This document shows, piece after piece, positions 17,097-28,429 of a stretch of DNA of 32,000 nt (positions within the stretch are counted from its first letter, which is position 1; every line of letters starts with the position of its first letter). Below the pieces are notes generated by a model. It did no database searches. It had not been told where the DNA came from and was given only the letters and a program-made list of their open reading frames with translations. Made by a program: the position numbers and the translations under genes. The stretch comes from Thermococcus kodakarensis KOD1 (GTDB taxonomy: Archaea > Methanobacteriota_B > Thermococci > Thermococcales > Thermococcaceae): positions 1,320,001-1,352,000 of the forward strand of contig NC_006624.1 in NCBI RefSeq assembly GCF_000009965.1. Reading direction: 5' to 3'.

Positions 17097-17564
17097 TCAG
17101 AGCATTCTCTCAATGAGCTCGTTTATCTTCTCGCCGCGGTAACCGAGTGCTCCGCCCTCCTTGAAGGAGCGCTTCTTGCTGCCCTTAAGGCCGCCCCTCG
17201 GCGGGTGAAGCCTGAAGACCGGCTTGATGTTCGGCAGATCCCTGAGCTTCATCTCGCCGTTGACGACCTTCTCGGCGAACTCCTCGATCGTCATTCCGAG
17301 CTTCTCCTTGACGTACTCGTCGGTTATCGGCTTGTTTCCTATGAGTCTGCCCCTCTTCCTGAGGAGCTTGGCTAGGGTCTCCTTGTCGATCTCGCCCCAG
17401 GTTATGTAATCCTTGACCTTCTGAATCATTCCGCGGTAGCTCGGGGTGTCGTCAACTATGACAAGGTGGTTGATCCTGTGGAGGCGGAGCATGGCGAGGG
17501 TGTCTCTCACTTCACCCCTCGCCCTAATCCCGCTCCTAAGCCTGATGAGCGCAAGCTTTGCCAT
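17097..17564 (-). CDS. rpl30: 50S ribosomal protein L30 (uL30)
   Basis: 155 aa, [33 protein letters not shown]. Confidence 0.95.
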
Positions 17565-17575
17565 CTTCTCTCACC

Positions 17576-18283
17576 TCACTCAACCTCGAAGGTCGTGGGC
17601 ATCGCCCTACCCACGACGATACCGTAGCGCTCGATGTCCTCGGGCTTGATGGCAACGCGGTTGGTGTTGTAGAGGGCGTTGAACACTGCCTTCGCGAAGT
17701 TGACGGTGGTTCTAGTCTCACCGAGGGTCTGTGACCAGACGTCCTGAACGCCAGCCAGCGTGAGTATCTTCTTGCCCACGTCACCGATAACGAGGCCGAG
17801 GCCACGCGGTCCGGGCATGAGCTTGACGCGGACGCTGCCTTCCTTCCCCTCGACGGCGAACGGAATTGAGTGCGGCCTCCTGCACCTGCACTCCCAGCTT
17901 CCACAGCCGCGCTTGATCTCGATGATGTTCATCTTGGCGTAGTTGATGGCCTTCCTGATGGCTATACCGACTTCCCTTCCGTGGCCGATTCCAAGGCCGA
18001 CGTAGCCGTCCCTGTTGCCAACGGCAGCGAGAACCCTGAACCTGATCCTCCTGCCGCTGTCGGTCATTCTCACCGTGAGGGCTATGTCGAGTACTTCCTG
18101 GTTCTCCCTGAGGTTGACCTCCGGAAGGAGGACGTCAACGATCTCGGGCTCCTTTATCTGGTAGCCCTTCCTAAATATCTCGTGAATGTCAGTGATCTGG
18201 CCTTCCTTAACGAGCCTGCCGAGCTTGGTCTTTGGTTCCCACTCCTCAAGAACCCTCTGGGCTATCTCTCTCGGGTCGCTCAT
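17576..18283 (-). CDS. rps5: 30S ribosomal protein S5 (uS5)
   Basis: 235 aa, [32 protein letters not shown]. Confidence 0.96.
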
Positions 18284-18885
18284 TCTCTCGCCCCCTCAAA
18301 CTTCTCGATTATCTTGGCCTTAACCTCTTCAAAGTGCTCGGGGAGCTTCTCAGGCTCGAGGCCCTTGACGAGATATCCAGAGAACTGCTTCCTGTAGAGG
18401 GCCTCGTCCTCCTCCTTGAGGGCCTTGGCGTAGTTGGCTATGTGCTCGCCGTTTATCCTGTAGTCCTCTGGATAGATCTCCTCGCTGTGCGGGACGTTCA
18501 AGCCGGCGTCAACCGCACCCTTGAGGACCGCGAATATGCTCGAACCCCTGGTCGGCGGGTGGAGACCTATGTCGAGGATGGCCTCCTCTATACCAGCCTG
18601 CTTGGCCTTGTAGCCGATGAGGAGACCGAGTAGGTAAGCTGAGGGAGTGTTTCCTCCGTGTCCCTTCCAGCCGAAGTCCCTCATGAGCTCCATGGTGTGA
18701 GCTGAAACGAGCGTTTTGTCTCCCTTCGGGTCGTAGACAACGATCTGAGCAATGTGGTGGTTGAGGGTCTTCCTCACGACGAGCCTCGGCTTCTTGCTCT
18801 TGAGGAGCTTGAGCCTCTTGTGATAGTTAGTCTTACCCTCTCTCCTCCTCCTGAACGGAACCCTATACCTCGGTCCGTGTGCCAT
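18280..18885 (-). CDS. rpl18: 50S ribosomal protein L18 (uL18)
   Basis: [28 protein letters not shown]. The ATG at 18885 follows GAGGTGAGAGAG. Confidence 0.94.
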
Positions 18886-18895
18886 CTCTCTCACC

Positions 18896-19342
18896 TCACT
18901 CCTTCAAAATACCGTGCTCCTGCATGAACATGTAGAGCTGCCTCTTGTTCTTGAACTGGCCGCCCTTGGCACGGATGTAGAGCCTCCTGTAGGTGTGGGC
19001 ATCGAGCTTGCCCTCGGCCTTGAGCTTCCTGAGCTCCTTTCTGAGGGCCCTTATGGTCATCATCCAGACTTCCTTCTTGCCCATCCTGGCGGTCTTCTTG
19101 CCCTTCTTGCTTCCCGGACCGCGGTGGCGGCCCTTCTTCCTGGCCTCCTGGAAGGCCCTAGCCCTGGCCCTGCTCTGACCCTTGATGGGCTTCTTCTTGA
19201 TGACGCCGTCGTGGATGAGCCTCTTTATGTCCTCCCTCGTTATGGCGGCAGCAACGTCCTCAATCCTCTCCGGGTCGATCCATATCCTGTTCTCGCCACA
19301 CTTCAACAGCTCGGCGGCAATTCTCCTCTGGGTCTTGAGCAT
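18896..19342 (-). CDS. rpl19e: 50S ribosomal protein L19e
   Basis: [30 protein letters not shown]. The ATG at 19342 follows GGTGATGATC. Confidence 0.94.
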
Positions 19343-19352
19343 GATCATCACC

Positions 19353-19733
19353 TCACGGGTTGAGAACCTTCACTCCGAGCTCCTTGGCCCTAGCGAGTAT
19401 CATCTCTCTCTTCCTGGCGCCGACTGTTCCCGCTATCCTGGCGGCCTGCCTGGTCGGGTCTATGGCCTCAAGCTCCTTGACGTTGTGGACGAGGACTTCC
19501 TCGTAGCCGCTCGGGTGGAGCCCGCGAACTGCTTTGGGTGAGCTCCATCCGATGCTCGGTGAGCGCGGCTTGCCCTTCTTCTTGAGCCTCATCTTGCTGT
19601 CGATTCCCTTAGGCCTTCTCCACTTCGGGTCGTTCTTGAACTTCGGGTACCTCCACCACTCCTGGCGGAGGAACCTCGGCTTCTTCCTCTTGAGCTTGGC
19701 CCTTATCCTCAGGAGTCTCGCCTTTTCGTTCAT
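19353..19733 (-). CDS. rpl32e: 50S ribosomal protein L32e
   Basis: 126 aa, [34 protein letters not shown]. Confidence 0.95.
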
Positions 19734-19749
19734 CTCTCACACCTCACCA

Positions 19750-20304
19750 TCAGAACTTTATCGGCTTGCCAGCCTTCTCAACTATGTAGATACCGTCCTG
19801 GAAGACACGCCTGTCCCACTTGGTTATCCTCGTGGCCTGCTCGATGTTCGCAGCTGTCTGACCGACGGCTTCTTTGTCAATGCCCTCAACCTCGATCTCG
19901 CTTCCCTTGACCTTGACGGTAACACCCGGAAGGATCTTGGCCCTCCTCGGGTTCTTCTCACCGAGGAAGTTCTCGATGACAACCTCATCGCCCTGAACCT
20001 TAACGGTCATCGGGAAGTGGCTGTAAACCACTTTAAGCCTGTACTTGAAGCCCTCGGTAACGCCCTTGATCATGTTGTTGATGTGGGCCTTGAATGTTCT
20101 CACGATGGCGACGTCCTTCTTCCTTGGAAACTCCTTGTAGATGACGACCTTACCGTCCTCGGTGAAGATTTGAACGCCGGGGTACTTGAGCTCCCTCTGA
20201 AGCTCTCCCTTCGGCCCCTTGACCTTGACGGTGTTACCCTCGACGGTGACCTCGACTCCCTCTGGTATCTCAATCTCCTCACGAATCCAAGCGTCCACCG
20301 GCAT
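19750..20304 (-). CDS. rpl6: 50S ribosomal protein L6 (uL6)
   Basis: [35 protein letters not shown]. The ATG at 20304 follows GAGGTGAGAAAA. Confidence 0.94.
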
Positions 20305-20314
20305 TTTTCTCACC

Positions 20315-20707
20315 TCAGTAGACGTAGGCTATCAGCCTGCCGCCGATTCCCTTTTCGAGCGCTTCCTTGTGGGTCATAACACCCTGGGACGTTGAGACAA
20401 TGAGGATACCGAACTCGAAGGCTGGAAGGAACCTCTTCTCCCACTTCTCGTAGTCCCTGGCCTTGACCGGGAAGCGCGGCTTTATTGCGCCGGCCTTGTT
20501 GATCTTACCTATGAGCTGAACCCTGTATATACCAGCCCTTCCGTCGTCGATAAGCTCGAACTCGCCGATGTAGCCGTTCTCGAGCATAACCCTGAGAACC
20601 TCACCGATGAGCTTCGAGGCGGGCTTGATGTAGACCTCCTTCTTCCCAACTCTCTCGCTGTTCGTTATGTGTGAAAGCGCGTTTGCCAGAGGGTCAAGCA
20701 GAGTCAT
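20315..20707 (-). CDS. rps8: 30S ribosomal protein S8 (uS8)
   Basis: 130 aa, [33 protein letters not shown]. Confidence 0.96.
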
Positions 20708-20718
20708 TTTCTCTCACC

Positions 20719-20889
20719 TCACTCATACTTCTTGAAGCCGAGCTTCGGGGCGACCTCGCGGAAGCAGTGCCTGCAGAGCATAAGGCCGTGTATCCTGATT
20801 ATCGGCCCGTACTGGCCGCAGCGCATGCACCTTCTCGCTCCCTTACCAAACTTCCTCGGCTTCCTCTTGTTGTAATCGGCCTTCGCCAT
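20719..20889 (-). CDS. rps14: 30S ribosomal protein S14 type Z (uS14)
   Basis: Hand-translated; 56 aa, absent from the ORF track. Sequence [56 protein letters not shown], a CxxC...CxxC zinc ribbon. Confidence 0.94.
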
Positions 20890-20890
20890 C

Positions 20891-21442
20891 TCACAATCCC
20901 TCCACCTTAGCCTTGAGCTCCTCCATAGCGAAGACTATACCCTCTTCCTTAGTCAGCTTGTGTTTGGTCGGTATCTTCCTCCTCTGCCTCTTCCTCTTGG
21001 CGACCCTAAACCCTGGCCTCTCGAGGGTGACGCAGACATCCATACCGAAGATACCGATCTCGGGGTCGTACTCGACGCCCGGTATGTTGATGTGCTCCTG
21101 GATTCCAAAGCAGAAGTTTCCGTGCTCGTCGAAGTTGCTCGCTTTGAGCTTTCTGTCAACGGCCTCAAGGAGCCTGTCGAGCATCTGGTAGGCCTTCTCT
21201 CCACGGAGGGTGACCTTGACCGCTATCGGCTCGCCCCTCCTGATTCCGAAGTCCCTGTTGGTCTGCTTGGCCCTCCTCCTTATAGGCTTCTGGCCGACGA
21301 GCTGCTCAAGCATGGTCTCGGCCTTGGTGAGCCTCTCACCGCTCTCGCCAACACCTATGTTTATCGTGACCTTGGCTATCCTCGGCTTCCTCATCGGGTG
21401 AGCTTCCCAGTCAGCCAGGATTGCCTCTCTGTTGATCTGCAT
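20891..21442 (-). CDS. rpl5: 50S ribosomal protein L5 (uL5)
   Basis: 183 aa, [34 protein letters not shown]. Confidence 0.96.
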
Positions 21443-21455
21443 CTCATCTCACCTC

Positions 21456-22187
21456 TCACGGAAGGGAAATCTCAGGCTTGTCCTTACCAATGACGAAGGC
21501 GTACTCCTTCAGGGTGTCGAAGAGCTCGCCGTTCTCGTCCTCGATTGTAACGACGTCGGGCCAGCCCATCGGGAACTGCCTGACCTCGACGATCTTACCC
21601 TTTCTGGCAACGTTCTTACCCTGGGTAACGAAGACGTAGGCACCGACCTCGAACGGGAGCACCTTGACTATCTGCCTCTCCGGAACCTGCATTATGACCG
21701 TGTAGGAGGTCTTGTAGGCGTCCTTCTCGGCAAGGCTGACGAGGTGGTTGCTTCCGTCGTGGAGGTTTAGCTGAACCTTAGCGCCCTTGACCATCCTCTT
21801 GTTGTTGATCCTGAAGGGCTTGAGCTTGGCCTCTTCCTCGCTTATCGGGTGGAGTATAAGCTTGCCTATCCTGTTCGGGAGAACCCTGTAGTGCTCACCC
21901 GTCTCTGGGATTGAGACGACGTCCATGATTCCAACGGGGAACTTGTAGTCCTTCCTGACCCTACCATCAACGAGGATCTTGCCCTCGTTGAGGATCTTCC
22001 TGGCTTCCCTGGCGGTCTTGGCGTAGCCGAGGTAGTCCCTGACTATGTAGATCAGCGGTATGGAAGTCTTCATGCTGTGCGGACCCGGACTGGGCCTGAC
22101 GGCCCACTTGTAAGCCTTCCTGTGAATGTACCAGGAAGTCGGAGCGGCAAGCCTCTTAAGGTGCCTCTTCGGACCCTTCCTCGCCAT
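21456..22187 (-). CDS. rps4e: 30S ribosomal protein S4e
   Basis: [37 protein letters not shown]. The ATG at 22187 is preferred; the track start at 22190 is a TTG. Confidence 0.94.
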
Positions 22188-22552
22188 CAAGCAGCCCTCC
22201 TCTCAATTATCTTCTCTCTCTTTTCGTCTTCGAGGTTGAGCTCAACAATCATGACGTTCGAGGGGTGGAGCGGGTAGAAGACCTCGGTACCGTCGGTCTT
22301 CTTGTGGGTAACGCCCTCAACGTGAATCCTGTACCTCCTGAGGTCAACCTCCACGACCTTACCCTCGACGCCCTTGAAGTCACCGCGCATAACCTTGACC
22401 TTGTCGCCAACCCTAATGGGCAGGTTTCTCACTCCGTACTTCTCCCTAAGCTCCTTGCTGAGGGGGGCGCTCATTATCTTGCCCCTCAGGTGAAGGGGAG
22501 CGTTGTAGAGGAACTTCCTCTGCTTCCTCGGCTGCTTCATATCAAGCTTCAT
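22187..22552 (-). CDS. rpl24: 50S ribosomal protein L24 (uL24)
   Basis: 121 aa, [37 protein letters not shown]. Confidence 0.95.
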
Positions 22553-22563
22553 CTCATCTCACC

Positions 22564-22989
22564 TCACAGCACTATGCTCGCTATACTACCGAGCCTGACC
22601 CACCTCTCGGCGGCTTCCCTCGCTATTGCACCCCTGATTTCGGTTCCCCTCGGGACACCTTCGGGAGTGACTATCGCAGCCGCGTTGTCCTCGAACTTAA
22701 CGCGCATGCCGTCGAGCCTCCTGTACTCCTTCCTCTGCCTGACAACGACAGCCCTGACGACCTGGTGCCTCATGTCGGGCCTTCCCTTCTTAACGGTGGC
22801 GACGACCATGTCGCCAACGCCAGCGGCCGCGAGCCTCCTCCTGGTTCCCTTGTATCCAACGACGCCTATGATCTGAATGACCTTGGCACCGCTGTTGTCG
22901 GCAACCTTGAGGTAGGCACCTATCGGGAGGGCGCGCGTCGGCCTGACGGGGCTAATACCCCTGGTTGCACCAGCACCCTTCTTGGCCAT
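22564..22989 (-). CDS. rpl14: 50S ribosomal protein L14 (uL14)
   Basis: 141 aa, [43 protein letters not shown]. Confidence 0.96.
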
Positions 22990-22992
22990 GCA

Positions 22993-23337
22993 TCACACCT
23001 CCTCAGCCCTCTCGGCCCTCTGGAGGACGGCCACGACGACCCAGCTCTTGGTCTTGCTTATCGGCCTGGTCTCGGCTATGAGCACTTTGTCGCCAACTTT
23101 AGCGTTGATGCACTCCGGGTTGTGGGCGTGAACCTTGCTCTTCCTGAGCTCGTATCTCTCGTATTTCTTGAGGTAGTGGTAGTACTGCCTCTCGACGACG
23201 ACCGTCTTCTTGCCCTTGTCGCTAACGACTATACCCTCAACGTATCTACCGTGTATCTTGAGGTTCCCGTGCCAGGGGCACTTGGGATCGTTACAAACCT
23301 CAGCGGGAGGCTGAACCCTCAATCCAATCTCTCTCAT
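22993..23337 (-). CDS. rps17: 30S ribosomal protein S17 (uS17)
   Basis: [31 protein letters not shown]. The ATG at 23337 follows GAGGTGG and overlaps the rnp1 stop (ATGA). Confidence 0.93.
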
Positions 23338-23711
23338 TTCCGCCACCTCTTTTTGAGTCTCATCTCGGGTCTTCCCACCAGATCCTTTCCGTTGACACGG
23401 ATCTTCTCATTGCCAAGGTCAAACTCGATCTCGACCACGTCCTTCGGGACTACCCAGACCCTATCTCCCACCAGGACGAGAGTGTTCCTCGTCTCATCAA
23501 GGACGTAGCCCTCGATGCCGACCAGCTCTGGATGAGATGCCCTTATAACCTTTGCTTTAAGGCCTATCAGCTCGTGCCAGATTATGTTTTTCCGGGTCAC
23601 TCGACCTCTATGAGCTCCTCTGAAAATCCAAGCTCTGCCAGCAACTTCTTGACCCTGTCTCTGTGGTCTCCCTGCAGTTCTATCCTTCCGTTCTTTGCCG
23701 TTCCGCCGCAT
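23334..23711 (-). CDS. rnp1: RNase P protein component 1 (Rpp29/Pop4)
   Basis: Core sequence [39 protein letters not shown]...[14 protein letters not shown]. The long form starts at ATG 23711 and overlaps sui1 by 115 nt. A shorter alternative starts at GTG 23600 with a GTGA overlap. Confidence 0.85.
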
Positions 23712-23893
23712 GCCAGCTTCGCCTTAAGCTTTTTTGCGATGTCCTCAAGGTCGAACTCCTTCTCGTCTATGCCCTCGATTATGGTCTTGAGCTTGCCGTA
23801 GCGGGCCCTCTCCACGTAGACCCTTATCCTCTGCTGCTCCTTCAGGACCTCCTTAAAGAGCATCTCATCCAGAGGGTTCACAATCCTCGGCAC
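23597..23893 (-). CDS. sui1: Translation initiation factor aIF1 (SUI1)
   Basis: 98 aa, (M)[41 protein letters not shown]...[25 protein letters not shown] start follows AAAGGTGAGG. Confidence 0.93.
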
Positions 23894-23899
23894 CTAACC

Positions 23900-24100
23900 T
23901 CACCTTTTCTCCCTAAGCTTCTCCCTCTTTATGGTAAGCAGGCGCGCGATATCGCGCCTGAGGTTGCGGATGACCATGGGGTTCTCCATGGAGGCCCCCA
24001 TGGTGAGCACGCCACGCTCCTTGGCCAGTTCGAGGCGGAGCTCCCTTATCTTCTTGTCGATCTCCTCGATGCTCATCTCCCTAATCTCACTGGGCTTCAT
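23900..24100 (-). CDS. rpl29: 50S ribosomal protein L29 (uL29)
   Basis: 66 aa, [30 protein letters not shown]. Confidence 0.95.
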
Positions 24101-24716
24101 TGGCGCTCACCTCTTCCTCAACGATCTCCTTAATCTCGATCTCATCCGGAAGCTTGGCGTCGGGCGGCATGATGGAGACCTTAACACCGATGACACCGAG
24201 CTTGAGCTGGGCCTGGGCGTAGCCCCTGCTGACGAGGGTCTCGGCCGGGTTTCCGACCTTAGCGAGGTAGCCCTGGTAGAACCTGACGCTCTTGGCCCTC
24301 TCACCGGTGAGCTTTCCGCTGAGCCTTATCTCAACGCCACGAGCACCGTTCCTCATGATGGCCCTGATGGCAGAGTAGGCAGCCCTCCTGAAGTGAATGC
24401 CCCTCTCAAGGGCCTGGGCGAGCCTGACGGCCTGAACCTTGGCGTTGAGGTAGGGGTTCTTGATCTCCTCGACCTCGATCTGCGGGTTCTCAAGGCCGAA
24501 CTGCTTCTCAAGGATCCTCGTGAGCTCCCTTATCCTCCTGCCACCCCTTCCGATAACGTAACCGGGGTTGGCGGCGAAGATAGTGACCTTGGTTCCGAGG
24601 GGAGTCTTCTTTATGTCGAGGCCGCCGTAGCCGGCCCTCCTAAGCTCCTTCTCGAGGAACTCGTCGATGAGCATCTCCTTAACGCCTTCCTTGATGAAGT
24701 ACCTCTCGATCGCCAA
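24087..24716 (-). CDS. rps3: 30S ribosomal protein S3 (uS3)
   Basis: (M)[43 protein letters not shown]. The likely start is TTG at 24716, 5 nt after GGAGGTGA. The 3' end overlaps rpl29 by 14 nt. Confidence 0.92.
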
Positions 24717-24721
24717 AGGTC

Positions 24722-25192
24722 TCACCTCCTAATCTCCTCGACGACTATCTCTATGTGTGTGGTCTGCTCGTTGAACGGTGTGGCCCTACCGAAGGCCCTC
24801 GGGATGTATCCCCTGAGGACTGGGCCCCTGTGGGCTGCGGCGTGGATTATCTTGAGCCTGTCAACATCAAGGCCCTTCTGCTCGGCGTTGTTCTTGGCGT
24901 TGAGGAGTATCTTCTTGACTGCCTTGGCGACCTTGACCGGGTACCTTCCTGGGCCAAAGCCCTTGCCCGGCTTGTGGCCCTGGCTGTCGTTGAAGCGCTT
25001 CATCGGAACCGGCCTCTTCTTGGCTATGACGTCGTCGAGGTAGCGGAGAGCGTCGTTGAGCATCATGCCCCTTATCTCCCTGAGGAGCTCGACGCTGTGC
25101 TTGGGTGAAATCCTGAGGTCCCTTCCGCTGGCCCTCGCCATCCTCTCGGGGTCAAAATTTTGGAATGAGTAGGAAAACCTGCCCCTGCTCAT
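24722..25192 (-). CDS. rpl22: 50S ribosomal protein L22 (uL22)
   Basis: 156 aa, [45 protein letters not shown]. Confidence 0.95.
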
Positions 25193-25202
25193 CTAAACCA
25201 CC

Positions 25203-25604
25203 TCACTTGACCGCCACGAACATCGAGGACCTTGTAGCACCGACACCAGGTGAGCCGTGCTGGACGACCTTCCTCGTCATGGCGAACTCGCCGAGGTAGT
25301 GGCCGATCATCTCCTCCTTGATCTCAACGGGAACGAACTCCTTTCCGTTGTAGACGTGGATGGTCATGCCAACCATCTCGGGGAGGACTATCATGTCCCT
25401 GCTGTGGGTCCTTATCGGCTTGTTGTACTTGCCCTTCTTAGCGAGCCTTATCTTCCTGAGGAGCTTCTTCTGCTCGGGTGAAAGGCCCCTCTTGAGGCTC
25501 CTCCTCTGCCTGCTCGGGAGGAGCTTTGCGAATTCCTCCAGTGACATGTTGAGAAGCTCATCAAGGGTGTAGCCCCTATACCTAAACTCCTTCTTTCTCG
25601 CCAT
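25203..25604 (-). CDS. rps19: 30S ribosomal protein S19 (uS19)
   Basis: [41 protein letters not shown]. Start at ATG 25604; ATG 25610 is also possible. Confidence 0.92.
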
Positions 25605-25609
25605 CTTCA

Positions 25610-26329
25610 TCACTTCCTCCTACCAGTTCTTCTCGCGGCTATGTGACCGACCTTCCTTCCGGGCGGAGCGCGCCTTGAAACGGTTGATGGCCTTCCAATG
25701 TGGTGCTCCTTACCACCGTGCGGGTGGTTGACGGCGTTCATCTTGACACCCCTCGGCTTCGGCCAGAACCTGTTCCTGGCCTTGGCTATGTAGTAGGCCT
25801 TACCCGCCTTGACGATCGGCTTCTCAAGCCTTCCACCGCCGGCAACGACACCGATGGTAGCCCTGCACATCGGGTTGAAGGCCTTGAGCTCACCGCTCGG
25901 GAGCTGGACTATGACCTTGTCCTTCTCCCTGCTGACGACGAGCGCGTAGGTTCCTCCAGCTCTAACGTACTTTCCACCGTCGCCCGGAACTCCCTCGATG
26001 TCGTAAACGTAAGTACCCTCCGGGATCTTGGCGAGCGGGAGGGTGTTGCCTATTGCTATCGGGGCCTCGGGGCCTATGTAAATCTCCTGCCCGACGAGGA
26101 CTCCCTCAGGGGCTATGATGAGCTTCTTGGTTCCGTCCTCGAACTTAACCCTCGCGACCGGGGCGGTTCTGCCCGGGTCGTGGAGTATCTCCTCAACGAC
26201 GCCCCTGAGTGTCCTCTCCTGGACGAGGTTGAGCGGGACGTACCTAACGGCACCCCTGTACCTGTGTGAAGGGGCCCTAAATGTGGTAGTTCCCTTACCT
26301 CTCCTCTGCTGGATCAGACTCTTTCCCAT
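25610..26329 (-). CDS. rpl2: 50S ribosomal protein L2 (uL2)
   Basis: [30 protein letters not shown]...[20 protein letters not shown]. The ATG at 26329 follows GGGGTGAGTGAG. Confidence 0.95.
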
Positions 26330-26342
26330 CTCACTCACCCCT

Positions 26343-26603
26343 TCAGAACAATCCCAATCTGGCAGCTATCTCACTTGCATCGTACTCAGGCTTGAGCTTA
26401 ACGTAGGCCTTCTTCTCGCCCTTCATAGTCACGAGCGTGTTGACCTTTGCGACCTTGACGTTGAACATCTCTTCCACGGCCCTCTTGATGTCCTGCTTGG
26501 TGGCCCTCCTGTCAACTATGAAGGTGAGCTTGTTCTCCCTCTCGATGAGGGAAACGGCCTTTTCGGTAACGAGCGGCCTTATGATGACCTTGTACGGATC
26601 CAT
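26343..26603 (-). CDS. rpl23: 50S ribosomal protein L23 (uL23)
   Basis: 86 aa, [47 protein letters not shown]. Confidence 0.95.
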
Positions 26604-26609
26604 CTCTCA

Positions 26610-27377
26610 TCACCCGTAAATCTCCCTAAGCCTCTCTATAGCACCCTTGGTCCAGATCGTAAGCCTTCCCGGGTGGGTACCCGGTGCGAGGTACTCAACG
26701 CCGAGGTTGTCAACAGTTACAACGTCAACGCCCGGGTGGTTCCTCGCTCCCTGGACGATGCCCTCGTTCTTGGCAACGACGATGAGCGGGCCCTTGGCCT
26801 TCTTGTACCTCCTTCCGCGCATCTTGCCCTTTCCTGCCCTGATCTTGGTGTTCTTCTTGGCCCTCTCGATGTCGTCCCAGACACCGAGCTTCTTGAATAT
26901 CTCCCTGGTCTGAGCAGTCTTGAAGACCTTCTGCAGGTCGTCGGTAACGACGAGCGGGATCTGAACGACGTTGTCAACCACGTGGCCCCTGGCCCTGACG
27001 AGGTCGTAGTTGGCCGTTGCAGCTATGGCGCTCATTATGGCAAGCCTTCTCTCCTTCTTGTTGATGTCCTCCCAGATTATCTTCTCGACCTTGGGCGGGT
27101 GGGTCCTCCTTCCGCCAACGGCGAACGGGACGAAGGCGGCGAACCTTGGGGAGGTCTTTATCCTCTCAACCCTTGCCATTCCGTGGCCTTTTCCAATGTT
27201 CTCGGTGACGCGCCTCTTACCCGCCTGCGGGTCCCTACCCTGCGGCTGAATCCTGTGAGTCCAGGAAGCGATGACAGCCCTCCTTATGAGGTCCGGCCTG
27301 AAGGGGGTGCTGAACACCTTGGGAAGCTCGATCTCCTCAACGGGCTCGCCTTCGAGATTGAAAACCTTGACCTTCAT
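26610..27377 (-). CDS. rpl4: 50S ribosomal protein L4 (uL4)
   Basis: 255 aa, [35 protein letters not shown]. Confidence 0.95.
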
Positions 27378-27387
27378 CTATCTCACC

Positions 27388-28428
27388 TCACTGCTTGGAC
27401 TCCCTACTGACGTAGGTTATCTGCGGCCTCTCAACCGGCGGCTTCTTCTTCGGCGGCCTTATAGCCGGCCTGACCCTTATTATCCTCTTGAATGAACCCG
27501 GAATCGTACCCTCGATCATGAGGAAGTCGCTCCTAACGATGCCGTAGTGCGGGAAGCCGCCCTTCGGGGTGATCTCGATCTCGTTTCCGTCGAGAACCAG
27601 CTTGCCGTTCTCACCTATGGCGATGAGCCTCTTGTTGAACTCGGTCCTGTGGTGGAAGCCCATCTGACCGGCCTGCGGAACGGTCCACATGACCCTTGCC
27701 GGGTGCCACGGACCGAGGTTACCGATGTGCCTGCCCTTGCCAGCCCTCTGGGCCTTGTGGAACTGCACCTTGACGCCCCACCTCTTGACCGGGCCCTGGG
27801 TTCCCTTGCCCTTGGTGACGGCTATGACGTCGAGGAGCTCGCCCTCGTGGAGAACCTCTCCAGCGCGGAGCTCCTTGCCGATCTTCTCCTTGGCGTAGTC
27901 GAACTTGGCCTTGACGTCGTCGCCACCGATGGCGTACTCCATAACTTCCGGCTTCTTCTTGAGGCCGATGAGCCAGGGCTGGGTGTGGACGAGAAGCCTG
28001 ACGTCGGCTATCTCGCCATCGTTGACGAGGTCCTCAAGCTGGCCGAGCTTCGCCTGGAAGGCCTCCTCGTTGTAGTTCTTCGGCAGGGTCTTTATCCTCC
28101 TGGCCACGTTCTTGTGAAGGTCGTGGAACCAAACCTCGGTGGCCGTTTCAAGGCCGAGGTATCCCTGCTTGTAGGCCCTTATGCCGTAGACGAAGAGCGG
28201 CGGAACCTCGACTATGGTGACCGGCACGAATATCTCCTTACCCTTGGTGAGCCCTGGGCTGTCGTCGATCATGAGGATGTGGGTCATGCCAGCCTTGTAG
28301 CCAGCGAAACCGAGCATCCTGACTTCACTGTCCTTTGGCCAGCTCCTAATCCTGGGCACTATGCTCTTTGCCCTCTTCCTCGGGGAATATGCCAGTGAAC
28401 CTCTCCTTGGCCTGTGTATTTTTCCCAT
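27388..28428 (-). CDS. rpl3: 50S ribosomal protein L3 (uL3)
   Basis: 346 aa, [31 protein letters not shown]...GYKAGMTHI. Confidence 0.96.
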
Positions 28429-28429
28429 C

